DNA from: Vicugna vicugna
Lineage: Eukaryota
Direction: 5' to 3'
DNA: 64,000 nucleotides
NCBI GenBank assembly: GCA_013265495.1
Contig: MU058034.1
Span: 186,001 to 250,000, forward strand
Within the stretch, counting starts at the first letter, position 1. Every line of letters starts with the position of its first letter. Under the pieces are notes generated by a model. It worked only from the letters and a program-made list of their open reading frames with translations. It did not search any database and was not told the origin of the DNA. Shown piece after piece: positions 11,156-25,700 of the stretch. Made by a program: the position numbers and the translations under genes.

Positions 11156-13419
11156 AAGAAAGATAACAATCCTTCTCTAAGATGCATCATACCATAAACA
11201 CAGGAGGAAAGGGTTGTGTGATTCTCCCAATAACATGTCAAGTTTGAAATCTTGCAGAACAGACAGTCCGTGATTTTTCCTTCTAGAGATGTCAGCCAAA
11301 AGCAGTAGACTTCCCTTTATTTAGTCATATCTGTTTCGAAAAAGATCAAACACAGGATAACTTTTCAGAAAACTGTAACAATAATAATTCTTAGTAGAAA
11401 TAGAAGACTTCAAGTAAAAAAATGTGTACAGAGTATGTACATATGGAAAGAAATTCAGAACTAGTGTTTTCTGATTATACCAAGAGACAACAATGTTATG
11501 ATTCCTGATTGGAGTTTACACTAATTATATAATTGCTTTTATGTTGCCTATTTTAAAAAGAAAAAAACAGTTAAATATTGTGTTAGTAAATTAGCCAGCT
11601 CAAATATAGTGTGTGGTATGAGCCTCTTAATTAGCCAAATGAAGAGGACCTTAGCGTTTCTTAATAAAGAGGGGGCAAAGAATGTGACTAGAGTAATGAG
11701 GCCATGAATTTTTAAAAGAGCTCAGCTAGAAGGTGACCAATCCTTACTGTCCAAAAACTAAGACTTCATTTTTGAGACCACGTTTTTTTGTTGGTGTTGT
11801 TTATATATGAGATTTAGACCAGTATACCTGAAACATAAGGAAATATTGCATAATCATACTTAATTTTACACATTTAGACTTAATTATGCTCAGTTTTACA
11901 TTTTGACACATTTTTCTCCTCTTATGCCTTTGAGATCATTCAAGGCTGTAACTAGGGCTTAAATCGTGTGACATCCCCAACACCAAGTACCATGCAGGTG
12001 CGCACTATTGTCATTCCTTTCTTGAATAAGTGAGTGACTCCACAGAGGGAGACAAAGATTCACCACTCAGGGAGGGAGGATGCATTCCCTCCTTCTGCTT
12101 AATAGCCTTTCAAGACCTTGTCGCAAAATAAAAGATACTTTACAGAGATGATGAAAGGTCCATGGTATTCATGTGAAGTTTGATCTTCGTAAAAGAGAAA
12201 AGTAATCGAAAGTCTTCACATCTAATTTTTCACCTTAAACTAGTTTTTGCATTGATTTTGCACTCAAATTTGTGAATATTGTCTGATTGACAATGATTTA
12301 ATCATTTTTCTTTTTGAATAGAAAAATATTTCTGCCTATAATATTTCAAATGCAGAAACATTAGCAATTTTCAAATATAGGGCATCACTTTGTCATTAGT
12401 ATTTTTGGGACTGAGGAGCAAGTTTTTATTTTTATTTTTTGCTGTTGCACTTCACTTAATATATAGGCCTGGCATGCATACTAACACATTCTAGAAAGAG
12501 GGCATTCTATTAAGAACTTACATTTACCCTTATTTCCAAATTCAGTAATATCGTGAGACCAAAATAGTGGTATGCTTGCTCACCTACTCTCCCTTTAAAT
12601 TAACAGACAAAATTATTTTAGTGTTTATTGGTGTGATGCAATATACTGACATGTTTGAGGCTGTGTTGATAGTCATGATGTTAATAAAGAATAGAAATTT
12701 TAAAACTGACCATAATTGAGTTATTATTGGTTTGCTCTGTACTTATTAATTATTCATTCATAAAAGAAAACTAAGTCTTTGTTCTGAGGAAAATGTTCCA
12801 AATTGCTGTACAATTCAAAAACCTATAGCCCATTCTCCTGATATTGGCCATTTAGGTTATTTTCAGTTTTCTCACTCTATAAATAATGTTGTCATGATCA
12901 TCCTTGCACTTAAAACTGTGTCCACATTTGTAATAAATCACTGAGTTGAATGGTATTAACTTTTGTAAGGCTTACTGAAACGTATTATTATACTTATTTC
13001 CAAGATGTTTTTCTCAAATAACACTTCAACCATCTCCTTTTATGTGTCCTTTTAATTTCACCTTTTTAGCATTTTTAATATTTTTGATGAGAAAATTAAA
13101 TAAAAAGCTCAAGAGATTTGATGCAGATCTACTACATAGATAATAGCAGACCTGGAATCAGAACCAAAGGTCATGCTGTTAATCACAATATTAAGGTAGT
13201 TTTTTTTAATATAAAATGTTCTACTCGTCAAACATAAATTTATTCAATAGCTATCAATAGAGAGTTTGTTTTGTGCCCAACATCATTGTTCTATGCATCA
13301 TGAATGCAGCCCTGAACAAAGATGAATGACATTTTCTTGTCCACATGGAGCTTACGTATTGAGAGACAGAAAGTAATTTATACAGCATGTCAGATGGTAG
13401 GTGCTAGGAGGCTTTTTAA

Positions 13420-14340
13420 ATTTTACTTTATTTTTATTTGCTTTTACTTTTAAATATAGATTCCTAAGAAGTTGCAACATAGCGTGGAGATATCTGTCTT
13501 CTGTACCCATCACCAAGCTTCCTCCAGTGGTGATATCTTGCATAACAATAGTGCATTATTGTGGAATCTAAAAAATAATGACACAAATGAACTTAGTCAC
13601 AAAACAGAAAGTGACTCACAGACATGAAAAACAAACTTATGGTTACCAAAGGGGAAAGGGTTGGAGGAGGGATTAAGTAGAAATTTCTGATTTGCAGGTA
13701 CAAACTACTATGTATAAAATAAACAAGTTTCTACTGTAACAGCACAGGGAACTATATTCAATATCTTGTAATAACTTATAATTTAAAAGAATATGAAAAA
13801 GAATATATATAAATGTATAAGTGCATCACTGTGCTGTACACCAGAAACTAACACAATATTATAAATCAACAATACTTCAGTTAAAAAATAGTACATTATT
13901 AAAACCAGGGATAGTGCATTTATCAAAAATTGTACAGTAAAATTAAATAGGCAATAGATCTTAGATTTTACCAAATTTTGCACACACTCATTTTTTTGGC
14001 ATGTCTTTTTGTATATTTCTGTTGCATTTTATCACACATAACCAACATCTCTACCATAATTGAGACACAGATCTGATCCATCAGCAGGCGGGAAATCTCT
14101 TATGCTGCTCCTTAATGGTCACACCCTCCCCCACCCCCTTCTCTAATCTCTGGCAGCCACTGTTCTCCATCTCTAGAATTTTGTTAACTCCAGCATGGTA
14201 TATAAATTGAATCATACAATATATAACCATTGGAGATTGATGTTTAGTTTTATTTTTTTGTCAGCATAATGCTCTTAAGATCCACGTAAATTGCCTTGCA
14301 TATTAATGGTTTGTTCCTTTTTATTGCTGAGTAGTATACA
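13420..14340 (-). mobile_element. Old L1 (L1MB/MC-type) 3' region
   Basis: aagaagttgcaa, cttcctccagtggtgatatcttgcataac, tctggcagccactgttctccatctcta, ttgttcctttttattgctgagtagta. Confidence 0.75.
13561..13886 (+). mobile_element. Lineage-specific L1 3' end with a 14-bp TSD (1 mismatch)
   Basis: gtggaatctaaaaaat..gacacaaatgaactt...aaacttatggttaccaaagggg...cttcagttaaaaaa. TSD aatagtgcattatt (13547-13560) vs aatagtacattatt (13887-13900). Confidence 0.9.
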
Positions 14341-17209
14341 GAGCTATATAAAGCAGAAAAGGAAATATTAAAAAGGGTGCAGTTTTCAATGGAGTGGCTA
14401 GTGCAGGCATTCCTGGAAATGGTATGTAGGCATAGAGTTAAGGATGTGAGAGAGTTAAGCTCATGTGCATACCTGGAGAAGAGCTTCCTAGTTGGAGGGA
14501 ATATCAAGACTTTGGTCCTGAGTAAAAGTTTGGAGCAGCAAAGAAGCCCAGTGTGGCTCGAGCAGTGCAAGAGAGACGCAAACAGGAAGAGAAAACATCA
14601 GGGCTAATGGAGTGGGGACGGAGGGTAAGGGGACAGATCTCTTAAGGTCTTCAGAGCCCCCACAATTAATGTAACTGCAGTGACCTGATAACTCCAGTAA
14701 TTATATCACTTTGGTGACTCAACAGTTTCGCATGAAGTTATTTTTAAAAGCTGGGAAGAGTGGGTAAAAATGAGTGCTCTATAATAGCAAAAGACCTTGA
14801 TTGGAATTTTATCTTTAGAGGGGATTTAGTGAACTTTATATTCCATTTATGAAATGTTTGTGCTGATTTTATCAAACTGTTCAAGTAACCTTGGCATGAA
14901 GTAGAAAGCATACCCATTCTGTTCATTTTCATCATTCATGACCGACTGGTGCCTGCAGATCTTGCTCAGGGGGTACAGAAGTCTTAAGAATTTACTGGAA
15001 GAACAGAGATGGCATCTCCTGTGACTCAGAGGCCGTCGCATCAGAGTGTGGTCTCCATCATGGCAGAATCTCATGGGAGACCAGGCAAATGGAGATGAAG
15101 TCTTATCTGACAGTATCTATGGTTCTTTGCAGTCATGTCAGATGGCAAACGTTAAGTGGGCCACCAGAATATCCAGTCCATTTGGAAAATTATAGAAGCT
15201 GAGCCATGTCTTAGTCTATCATGCCGTCAAAGAATAAGAGGTGGAAGATCCTTTGACAAGTCTCAAAAGCAGCTCAGTAAATGAATAAAGCTCAGGAAGT
15301 TAAAGTTGTGGACTTTGAACAGTTCTGAATTGAATTGGTGTTGGGGAGAGCCAGCAACCCTAATTTTGTTCACAAACATGCTGGTAACAATAAACTCTTA
15401 GATAAAAGCACAGCCAGACACATAGAATTTCATTCATTTCAGCTAAATACTAGCTTCTCCATGAAAACTTTCTCTCCTCTGTTCTGCACTATGCAATTGG
15501 AAACATACCCCTCCACAGTGTTATATGTTGTATTTGCACCATCAAATATAATTTCCCTGAGGGCAGGCAGTGTTTTTTTTTTTAAGTTTCATTTATTTTT
15601 TCCTGCCATGCCTAGACTATAGTAGAAAACAGTAGGCACTCAGTCACTATTTGTGAAAAGGATATATTTCTCTTACATCAAAGAACACAAGCTAATTCTT
15701 GCAGATGCACCTGGAAATGTGACTACTCCTGTAATGATTTCTAGAGAATTCCCTTTATGAGCACCAACATCTGATTATTACCCTTCCTGCTTAAAACAAA
15801 GAATTAAGAGATGAAAACTAACTGCCAAGAATCAGTAGGGGAGAGTAGTGATCGTGTTGATTTGAATGCCTGCTGTGGAAGTGACACGTTAATATTAAAA
15901 GGGTTTTTATTTAACAATTGTATCATCAAAGGGGAAAAAATTAATTATCTGAAATAATTCAGAGCATTTACTCCCCACTGTGTAGGTAAAGAAAAAAATG
16001 TGAAGAAACACTAACTCTCACATGCTTATTTTTTTTCTTGAACGTGTGAGATGATGAAAACTGAGAAATAAATTTAAATGTGCTTTTAACTATTTATAAT
16101 AGTGTCATAAAAACAGTAATAAAAATAAAAATTCCTTTGTGGGGTTCATTTATAGAATATGAAACAATCCCTAGGAAATTGTCAGTGTAGTCAGCTTTCT
16201 GGAATTACAGGTACTTGTTGTTATTGTTTTGATTTCTTGTTTTTACATTTAAACTTCCTAGGCTACTGGCCACACAGGTGACCATGAATGATATGATGGA
16301 AGATAAAAAAATTGCTACTTCTGCAGGTCCTTTAATGCTGAGGTCAAGTTTATCATTTACTGCATATTAATTCCTAAGATCTCACAAGTTTAAAAATTTG
16401 GTATGAGAGTGCAATCCCAAAAGAAGCTGTAGGAAATACAAGACAACTTGGTCAAGGCTGTTAACTTAACATAGGGAATTATCTGGTATTTGTCCCAGAA
16501 TTCATTCTAGTGCAAAGTTTAACCATACACCCAAACACTATTTATTCAGCCCTTTCCTCCAGTTAAGAATAGAGATCTGATTAGAAGCTTTCAGTCTGGC
16601 TCAGTTTAGGTCTGGCTCATTTGAAGAGTCAAAGCCAAATTAGGCCAATTGTATTTATTACCAGTTCTCCCTAAGGGCAGTGTAACATATGATATTTAAG
16701 AATATGCCTTCTAAAAATTAGGCTCCATATATAAAGAGGTGAAAATGTTCTTCACCTACTGCCAGAGGTGAACTGATTGGTGGAAATGGGCTTGTTCATA
16801 GTTTGGGAATATTTCCTTTGATTTAATTTCATCTTGTATTTTCTGTCTGATAGATAGACTGTTTGTCTACTGAAAGTTTGTCTTGAGTGGTTTTTGCCCA
16901 AGTTGTTTCTTTTCTTCTGGATTAAAGAAGGTGCCCTGGGAGAGGTACCGAGAAATCACAGCATTTTTGTGTTAGGAGTGACTTAGAACATCCTAATTTA
17001 TTGCTGGGATATGAAGGCCCAGAAAAGTCAAATGACGTAAAGCTCTGTGGTGGCAGAATTTGACCTAGATATTAGGTCTATGAATTCTCAAGGACTTTTT
17101 TTACATTATTCTTTAAAATATTCTATATCATTGGAAGAGGGAAAATTATATTCCCCCCAAAAAAAGTTTTTAAAAAAAGGCACATGTATCTTGATCCCTT
17201 TCAAACACT

Positions 17210-17620
17210 AGTATTGCACTTTTTCCATGCATTCTGTGCTTGGAATTAGGAATGAAAATAGTTATGTATAATTCCCGCTTTTCATTTGAAAGGGTCACAC
17301 TCTAGTAGGGAAATCTATCTAAATAGAAGAATTACAATAAACAGGAACAAGGACTGACCTTCAAGAGCCAAGAAAGCTCAGAATTCCCAGAAAAGAACAT
17401 CAAAACTCTATCTTGAAGATTGAGGAAGAGTTTTCTAGGATTAAAAAAATAAAGTAGGGAAATGCCTAAGGCACATACAGAACCAGAGTCATGAAGGGTC
17501 CTAGCATGTGTACAGAGCAGTGAGATACTTATGTGGCAGGAATCTCGACAAATGAAGTGTGGAAGGGGTTCAGAAGACGTTTCATTCATCTGCTTGCTAA
17601 TTGTTTTCAATCTCTGAAGT
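17210..17620 (-). mobile_element. Degraded L2 fragment
   Basis: tgtgcttggaattaggaatgaaa, gggtcacactctagtaggga, gcatgtgtacagagc. Confidence 0.45.
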
Positions 17621-20600
17621 TTGTTGTGATGAAATAAAATCATGAATCCCCAAATCCTCCATCGCGTATAGGCTGACAATGAGTACATGAGTTTTTGATA
17701 TAAGCCAAAGCCGCGCATTTGTTATTGGAGAATGTTTGCCTCTGTATGGCACCTCTAGGCCTAATGAGCTGAGCGAGATCACAGGAAACCACAGAGTCTC
17801 CTTCTCCCCCTCTGACCCAGGACTGGCAGGAACAGTTGGTGTCTTGGTCCTCCATCTTCCTTCTTCTCATGCTTGGTACTCAAGGCTTTTCCAATCCAAC
17901 TTGACCTCTCTAATACCCTTTTTATTTGGGACAGGAAGACAGGGGCAAGAAGATGCTCTGAGCAACCCCTAACATTAGGGCTTGCATCATTTTTGTTAGC
18001 TTTTCCACTTCTGAGAGGTAGTGACACTGATGGATTCCATTCCCTCCCTTCCCAGTTGATCACTAAAACTTCTATCAAACTTAATACAGTTAGGACCTAC
18101 CTGACTGGCTGTTTCCAATCCAGATGAACATTACTTTGGTTAAAATTAAAATAAATTAATTGATTATCAGGTTCTACTCTAACCCAGTATTAAGTAGGAG
18201 ATCTGTTTCCTTCCCTCCCATTCATTTTGGGCTATCCACATCATATTTTTTTTCTTTTTTCTTCAACATTCTTACTCCTCATTTATTTTGCATCCTGACA
18301 GCAGTAACTAAGGGGTCATCTACTCTCATTAGAATGAATGAAATAATCATGGTTTTGATAAAATATAGGTGTAAGTGTAGGATAAAAAGGGAGACACTGA
18401 TAATTGAATCTCTCAGAGACTAGCAATGTCACCAGCATTCAGCTCCTTTCTTTGAAGATAGTAAAGGGCTCAGGGAATGTTGTTTGAGGAAATGAAGGTC
18501 TCAGTCCTTTGGAAGACCTGTCAAAGACGGATGGTATAGTAGATAGCATGAAAATGTTGGTGAAGACAGATTTTTTTGCTTATTTTACTATTGTGAGACT
18601 ACAAGTTTTTCTAGCTCCTCCTCTTCCTCCTGTTCTGTTTGCAGCATTGCCGCTTCCTTACATCTACTCATGCAATTTAATTTGAGCATTAATTATTAGC
18701 TCTTACTCACAGAACTAGTATCTGTTGAGCCTGATGGGGAATGATTATGAAATCCTTCAAAGTTATGACCCTAGCCTTTGAGAAGCTTCTAATTTGATAT
18801 TCTTTCCTTGACTCATGTTTAGTTTTGCATTCTACCCTTTATCCCTGACACCAAATGTCACCTCATATCCATTTCCATCCCACTGTTGCCCTACAGAAAA
18901 ACTCTAAGCCAGACATGAATGATAACTTACTATAAAATTCCCAGTGAGGTCATTCTTCATCTTTCATTTTGTTAAATAACTGGAGAACTATTTTAAAAGC
19001 TGTCTGGCTGTAACATATAAAACCATTTTGGAAGGATGCTTTTGCAGAGTTATGGCACTGAAATCATTTTTATTAGAACTTCAAGATCTTTGAAAAAGTC
19101 TTTTTGTGCATGAGAATATTTAAGGCTTCCATGATATATTAGTAGCTTATATTAAAAAGAAAGCACAATGCCTTATCTCATTTGCCATTTCTAAGTTTGT
19201 TTCATAAGTCTGTATCAGATATGCTTTTCTTGAAATGGCTTATAAATGATTTTCTTAGGGAAAAATGTTGGAGGAGCAGGCATATTTTATATTTCTTTAC
19301 ACGTAAGAAAAGCACTTCCTTAATAGTCTTGAGTAGAAATGACATCTTTACTTGTTAGAATAAAGTCTATTTCTTTTATGTTTCATTGTTACTTAATAAC
19401 CCAATTGGACTTGAAAATAATACTTGTGTAAATAAGTCCTTTTAACTTCTGCACAATAAAATCTTGATTAGCTAGAACAAAACTGACAAGAAATATCAAT
19501 TTACTAGGATGAATTAAATTATCAGGCAACTTAAAAGTACCTGAAATTTAGAAAGCTATAATAGAACATTTGAGGGGGGAATTGTGCTGAAGGTTATAGT
19601 CATCGAATCTGATTCTTTTGCATTTTATATTTTAAAAATCACAAATTAAATATTTAAGTCTTCTGAGATCCTTAAAGCAAATTTTCTTCTGTGCATCAGA
19701 TTCTTCCTACAAACCAGGAAAGTGGAATAAAATTACAATAGTATAATCAACAAAGAATGAAAGGAAAGCTTTTGATGACTCCTTGGTTAACTGGGGTCAG
19801 CATAATTTCTGCTTTTGCTAGAATGTGTTGAAAATAAATACAAGAGGAGCTGATAAGGGAGTTAGTCAAACAGACAAACTAGGACACAGAAGTACAGAGA
19901 GAAAGACTTAATGTGGAGGGGGATATTCTTCAAACGTCAATGTCAAACAGTCAATGATGCCATGAAGAGCTTTCACTGCTTCCTTAACAGACTGTGAGAC
20001 TCTCTATGATTCCAAACATTTGTGACTCAAAAGACAAGATACAGTGCCTGGCCTCTAGGAATTTATTACTGAATGATGGATAGTGGAGGGAGGTCAGTAA
20101 TTAGACACATTTGAAATAGCCATCACTAAGTGACTTAACCATGGTGGATGTGTCCACAACGTAAACACACGTGCACTTTGAAGCAGCTGTTATTCATTTG
20201 AAAATAGCATTTGTTCCCATCTCAGTTACAATTAGTGTTGCTTCGTTCCACAGAAATAAGGCAATGACATCACATAACAAATGTACAATATTTATATATT
20301 ATCCTCTTTTTTCACAAAATTATAATATTCTCTTAATTTTTCTGTTTCTGTTAACAGTGTCATTGCCTGTCTAACTAACAAAACTTGAACCTTAAGTTAT
20401 CTTTATACTCCTGTCACCATCACTCATCCAGTTGGGTTTTGATATCAACAAATCAACCTAATGCTTCCTCTAAATTTCAACTGCAAAGGCCCACCGAGGC
20501 CCCTTTTAATCGTTTCCTTACCTCAGACTCCGGAAGCCATTTCCCTATTACTGCAGATACATACTATTAAAGCATAGCTTTGTTTGGATAAATCCATTTC

Positions 20601-21689
20601 CTGAAAACCCTTAACGGACCAATGCCTTCTGCCGAATAATGTACAAACAAGTCAACTGGGTGTCAAGGCCAACGCAGTAAACCCAGATCTGACTTTCTGA
20701 CCTTGCGTTCTATGTCTGAGTTAAGTGCTCCCTTTGTGTCTCAAATGTGCATAATTACTCTTCAACCTGCCCCAAACTGTTTGTCTTTTCCTTTCTTATT
20801 GACTGTGCTCACAGATGTTGCTTCTCTGACCTCCGTCTCTTCCATTAAACTTTTCTGTCCTTCAGTGCTTAGTTTAAAGATCTTATCTGCTATGCATTCT
20901 TGCCTTATCCCCCCATTTCACAAAGACCTTTTCTGTCACTGAGATCTTACAAACTTATCTACCACTGCTGTGATTCTTTATAAATATGGACTTATAGGAG
21001 TCACAATATCTATGTGCTACTTGACCGTATCTGTTAACTACATCCTTACAATACCACACTCCTCACAATCTCTATCATCTTTTCCCTGGATTGGTACAAG
21101 GGCCTCCCCGGTCGGTCTTTCCACTGCCAAGGCATCCCTGCTCCATTATTGTCATTGTATCTCTAAAACATTTTTCTTCAGATCTGACAGCTGTACTGAA
21201 ATATACAATACATACAAAATGTACTTGAAACCACGCTCAGGGAAATACACGCAGCACATTACTGAAGCAGATGAAGAGAGCCCCCAGTGCACTTTACACC
21301 ACAGAAATATCTGCTTCAGTTTCTAACTATTTTTCACGCAGAAAGTGACCCCCATTTTTGTTTTGTTTTGTTTCTCGTGAAGTTCTCACTAGCCATCTGT
21401 TTAGCCTGTGACCTATTTTATTTCTCAACTTTTCAGTTGAAATGAGAATCAACTTAGAAGCTTATTTAAAGGAATGTGTAAAAGCTAAATATGGGGTTGC
21501 AGCTGGTTCAGACTTTCTATTGAAATTCTCATGGCTTGGTATAATTTAAGATCTATTTATGTAATTGTCTAGAACCAGGAAAAACAATCAAGGAAGCTGC
21601 ACATTAGTTACGTCGTTTTGCCGAAGTGAGATAAGTCAAAAGATACTGTCTTTGTCTCCTTGTTTAAAGAATTTAGCTCCAAAATAGTA

Positions 21690-21960
21690 ATCTGACCCAC
21701 CCACAGATGTGTTTAGATTGACCCTCATGGTGTTGGTTCAAATATTGACTAGAAAAATCCAAAAAAGAATTAGTTGTCACTGTTTACAAACTGGGAAATT
21801 TTACATACAAATCCTTATTTCTTTTTTTCTAATCTTTGAAACTTGGAAGATCTGTCAATATTAGCATCTTGAGACGGCATTTCCTCAGCAAACAATGACT
21901 GGCTTTTATTGGTAGGTTATTCTCTCTTCAGTTAACTCTGGTACTCATCATTCTAATTTT
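21690..21960. mobile_element. hAT-Charlie element, MER102-like
   Basis: cagatgtgttt..ttgaccc, gaattagttgtcac..tttacaaactgggaaattttacatacaaatcc, ggaagatctgtcaata. Confidence 0.65.
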
Positions 21961-22164
21961 TTGTTTTTTAATCCTTGCACACTTCACTTATTTTAACTAC
22001 CTGACAAACTTCTGCAGACGTTTCAGCTTGTAACAATTACTTATCACAATGAGAACCTCTGAAACAAAGAATATGACCAAAATGAACAGTATAAGGAGCT
22101 CAATGTGCAATATTAATACCAATTTCAAGCTTATGAATAAATCACTCAAGTGTTGAACAAATTG

Positions 22165-22705
22165 CAAAGTGAATAAACTAGAAATGCTTTCAGCTACAAG
22201 TATAAGAAAATTCAAGTACAGTTGGTTGAAGCAATTGTGAGTTATTCGTTTCACATAAGAAGAGGTCCAGAAGCAGGCAGCTACTGTTTCTTATTTTGTG
22301 ACCCTACAATGGCTGGGCTGGTATCGCTAAGTGCTCTTATGTTGGTCACCTTGTTGTTATGAAACAGCTACCATAATACCAGGCATCCCATATCTACCCC
22401 AAGCAGAGAGGTGAAGGTAATAACAAAAAAAGTGAAGGGCTATTTCAATTATGTTTGCATCTTTTATCAATAAAGCAAAATATTTCCACGAAATCCTACC
22501 TAGCTAACTTCAATTAAGGCAAAATCTCTGTTCAGGAGGAAAGAAATTATAATATTCATTTAGGACAATCATAATTTATCCCCTTGAGATGACACAGGGT
22601 TTGTCCTCCCTGAGATTAAGGTATCTCCTAGAATTTTCTTAGCACAGACTGTGAGAATGAGCAGGAGAGAGTCGTGTAGGCATTGATCAAAAATCTATCA
22701 CACAA
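22165..22705 (-). mobile_element. Ancient MaLR LTR (MLT1J/K-like)
   Basis: agaaatgctttcagctacaagta.aagaaaa, tcacataagaagaggtccagaagcaggcag, cttttatcaataaagcaaaa. Confidence 0.6.
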
Positions 22706-25700
22706 GACTTCTATGCCCCCCTCAACTTCAAAGGACTTCACTATAAATTTTGTCTTGTACTTTAGGAAGCCTCCTTCCAAAATAACCGTTGTCTCACACT
22801 TACAGAATTATTATCAACTCGATCAATATTTTCTGATAGATGAGGCCACTGAGTCGTTTGTTCTGGAAACTTCATACTTTTCATCTTTTATCTTGGATTG
22901 AAGTTGACCTTAGCAAGTGATATCTCTGTCGAGGGAGGTGGAAGATTTTCTCAGGCAGTGTTGTTTTAGGATGTAATAAAGTCAGGGGGCAAAAAATTGT
23001 TTTGAAAAGCATCTTTATAAATTTAAAGAGCACCATGTAATATGTATATTGAATAATCATTGATAAAAAACGTGATTAGTTCAGAAAAATCAAGATCATT
23101 ATTTCTAGGCTGGGATGGTGTTAAAGAATGGGTTAATCAGAAAGACAAGGCCGGGAAGACCAAAATTTCTTTATGACTCCAATTTTTTTAAAACATTCTT
23201 TGTCCTTTGATTTTTAGCAAGATGGGATTACACAATTAATGCAAAAATTTACTTATACTTAAAATTCCTAGATTTGGCAGCCTGAAATTCAAAATTAGGT
23301 TGATCTAGCTGTGATGAATCAAAAAAAGATAAAAAGAATAGAAGACTCTGACCAAAACCTTCTTATAGTTGTTGTTGCCTGGCCTAAGAAATGAACAAAT
23401 TTAAAGGAATTCACTGTGGCAAAAGCAGTTCACATAAATTTAATGTGAACATGATGTATATTCTTGCATTATTCATGTTATCCTGATATTATCATTTTAT
23501 ATGTAAGTCTATAGTCATTTGGCTTTCAAAGCATATCCTGTAGATGCCATTGGCCTAATATACTTGGTATAAATTATGAAATTACAGGATAACATTACCA
23601 TGAACCTTTATATTCAAAAGCAGATTATGTCTTTCCTCATAGCTCTTCTTCTTGCTCTTCTAAATAATATGAAGCCAATATAAATTATATTTGTAAGGGA
23701 AGTTTTCATGATTAAAAAGTATATAAACACATATTAACAAATTGTTTTCAAATCTGTAATTGCACACATTTGTAGTTCTTCCTTAAGGAGTGTATAACTT
23801 CTTCATTTTAACTTTGGATGGATAAATACAATGGTATATTAAATTAGCATGAAGTATTTTGATTATTGAGTGTAAGACATTTGCATGAGCTTCCTACAAG
23901 AAGAGAAGAAAGGATCCTAATAGGATTGAGGCATTGATTAAATACATTATTGAGTAAATTGAAGCTAGTATTTACTAAACAAATGGCATATTTCACTTTG
24001 TGCTGAGATTTTTATAGCAAATAATGTATTCTGATTCCTCTATACAGGCCACTCCATAAGCACACGACTTAGATTGCTGACTGGGCTTAGAATGAACTCT
24101 TACAGATGCTCCTTTGGCTCAGAAAATTATGTTGGGGTGTGCTTTTCCTTAGATGATTTTTTATTATACCATTCAAGCAACTTCCTAAATAAGCCACTAC
24201 AAACTGAATTATTCAACATTTCAGGTGGAGTGAGTAGTAGAGAGAACCAGATCCAGGCTACTTTCTTAGCTCTGACCTCTTTCTGTTTCTCTTTCACATA
24301 CACATGCAGGCACAACAAATGAGCAGCTCTCTCTGGGCCTATAAACATAGTCACTGAAAAGCTTTATCTTGGCTTAATGCCAGTGGTTACTTAAGTGCTG
24401 TTCTTCCAAACCTATTATGCTGTCTACCTAGCATTTTGACGTGACATTTGGCAAAACTTTAGGAGTTAAAATTGATCATAATTGCTGAAATTTTATTACC
24501 CATGAGAAAATAGGATTTAACTCACAGATATACCCTTACGTGAGTTTACCAAAGAAAAGCAATTGGTGACAAGCGGGTCAAGTTTTTGTTTTCAGTTACG
24601 TTATCATTTTTCACCAGAAGACACTCATTTATCATTTTTGAAAAAAGACACCATCAGAGGTGTTATTCCCTGGGTTTACAGTTATAGTAAAGACTAATAT
24701 TTATTTTTGACCAACAACAATTTGAGCACCTACTGTGTGATGGTGAGATGAAATAAATAAATCGTATATGTATGTCCACAACCCTGCATGACTACATGCA
24801 TTGATCAGAGTAGACTTAGTCTATACTGTGTTCATAAATCAATCCTGGGCCCAGTGGTAACTGTTGTTAATGGTTCCTCATGGGTTCTTCCAGAATCTTG
24901 TCTGTTCGATAAAAACACACATTTAAACACATAGTCTTTTATACAAAGGGGGAGTGTACTGCATGCCTTACTTATATTTAACCATTTTTATCAAATATCT
25001 TTATATGAAAAAACACAAATCTGATTCTCTTCTTTGGCATCAAATTATTTTAAAAAATTTCCTTGGTTTGTATTATATCTTTGCCCCTTGTGCAAACCCT
25101 GCCTATTTTGCTATATAAATCACTCACTGTGCATCAGACTGAACTCTGTTGAGCTTCTTTCCAAAAACATTCCCATCTAACACAGAGGCATCTCTGACCC
25201 TTCAGTTCCCATTGGGTGCTGGGAGAAAATGTCTGATCCCTCCATGAATGTCCAGGTGTCCATGCCTCTGAAACAGAGAGGAGAAGGTGACTGTGCAGGA
25301 CATCAGTATCTCATTCCTGTCTCCCTTACTGTGGTAACTGATGTTTGATAGAGACATTGATGGGGGAATCTATTCCCAATCAAAAAATCAGAGACAGGAG
25401 TAAGTTTGCTCCAAAGGCATTACCTCCTGTCTTATGTACTGTGCTCTACAAATATGGAACATGTGATTATTTTATTTTCTCTTCTGTAAAAACTGTACCC
25501 CTAACTCATCCTCAACCTTCTGCTACCTTCTTACATACTAGCCCTTGAGGAAAGAGTGAAAATGCTAACGTTTGGAAGCCTGATGCTGATGAAACGTGTG
25601 TCCTTTCTGTTGTGAGTTTGTGTCTGCAGAGGGTGTGGGAAAGATTTCTCTTTCACTTCTGGTTTCTTCAAATGTATTGCCAAGGTGTGTGTTTCTTTCT

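Larger units (their letters stand above)
13240..14660 (-). mobile_element. L2 split by nested L1 elements (arms about 13240-13410 and 14340-14660)
   Basis: Left arm gaatgcagccctgaacaaa, catggagcttac; right arm ggagaagagcttccta, gaagcccagtgtggctcgagcag. Confidence 0.65.

Noticed and set aside
12145..12290. C/D-box snoRNA starting at ATGATGA
   Set aside because: No CTGA box D with a terminal stem at a suitable distance.
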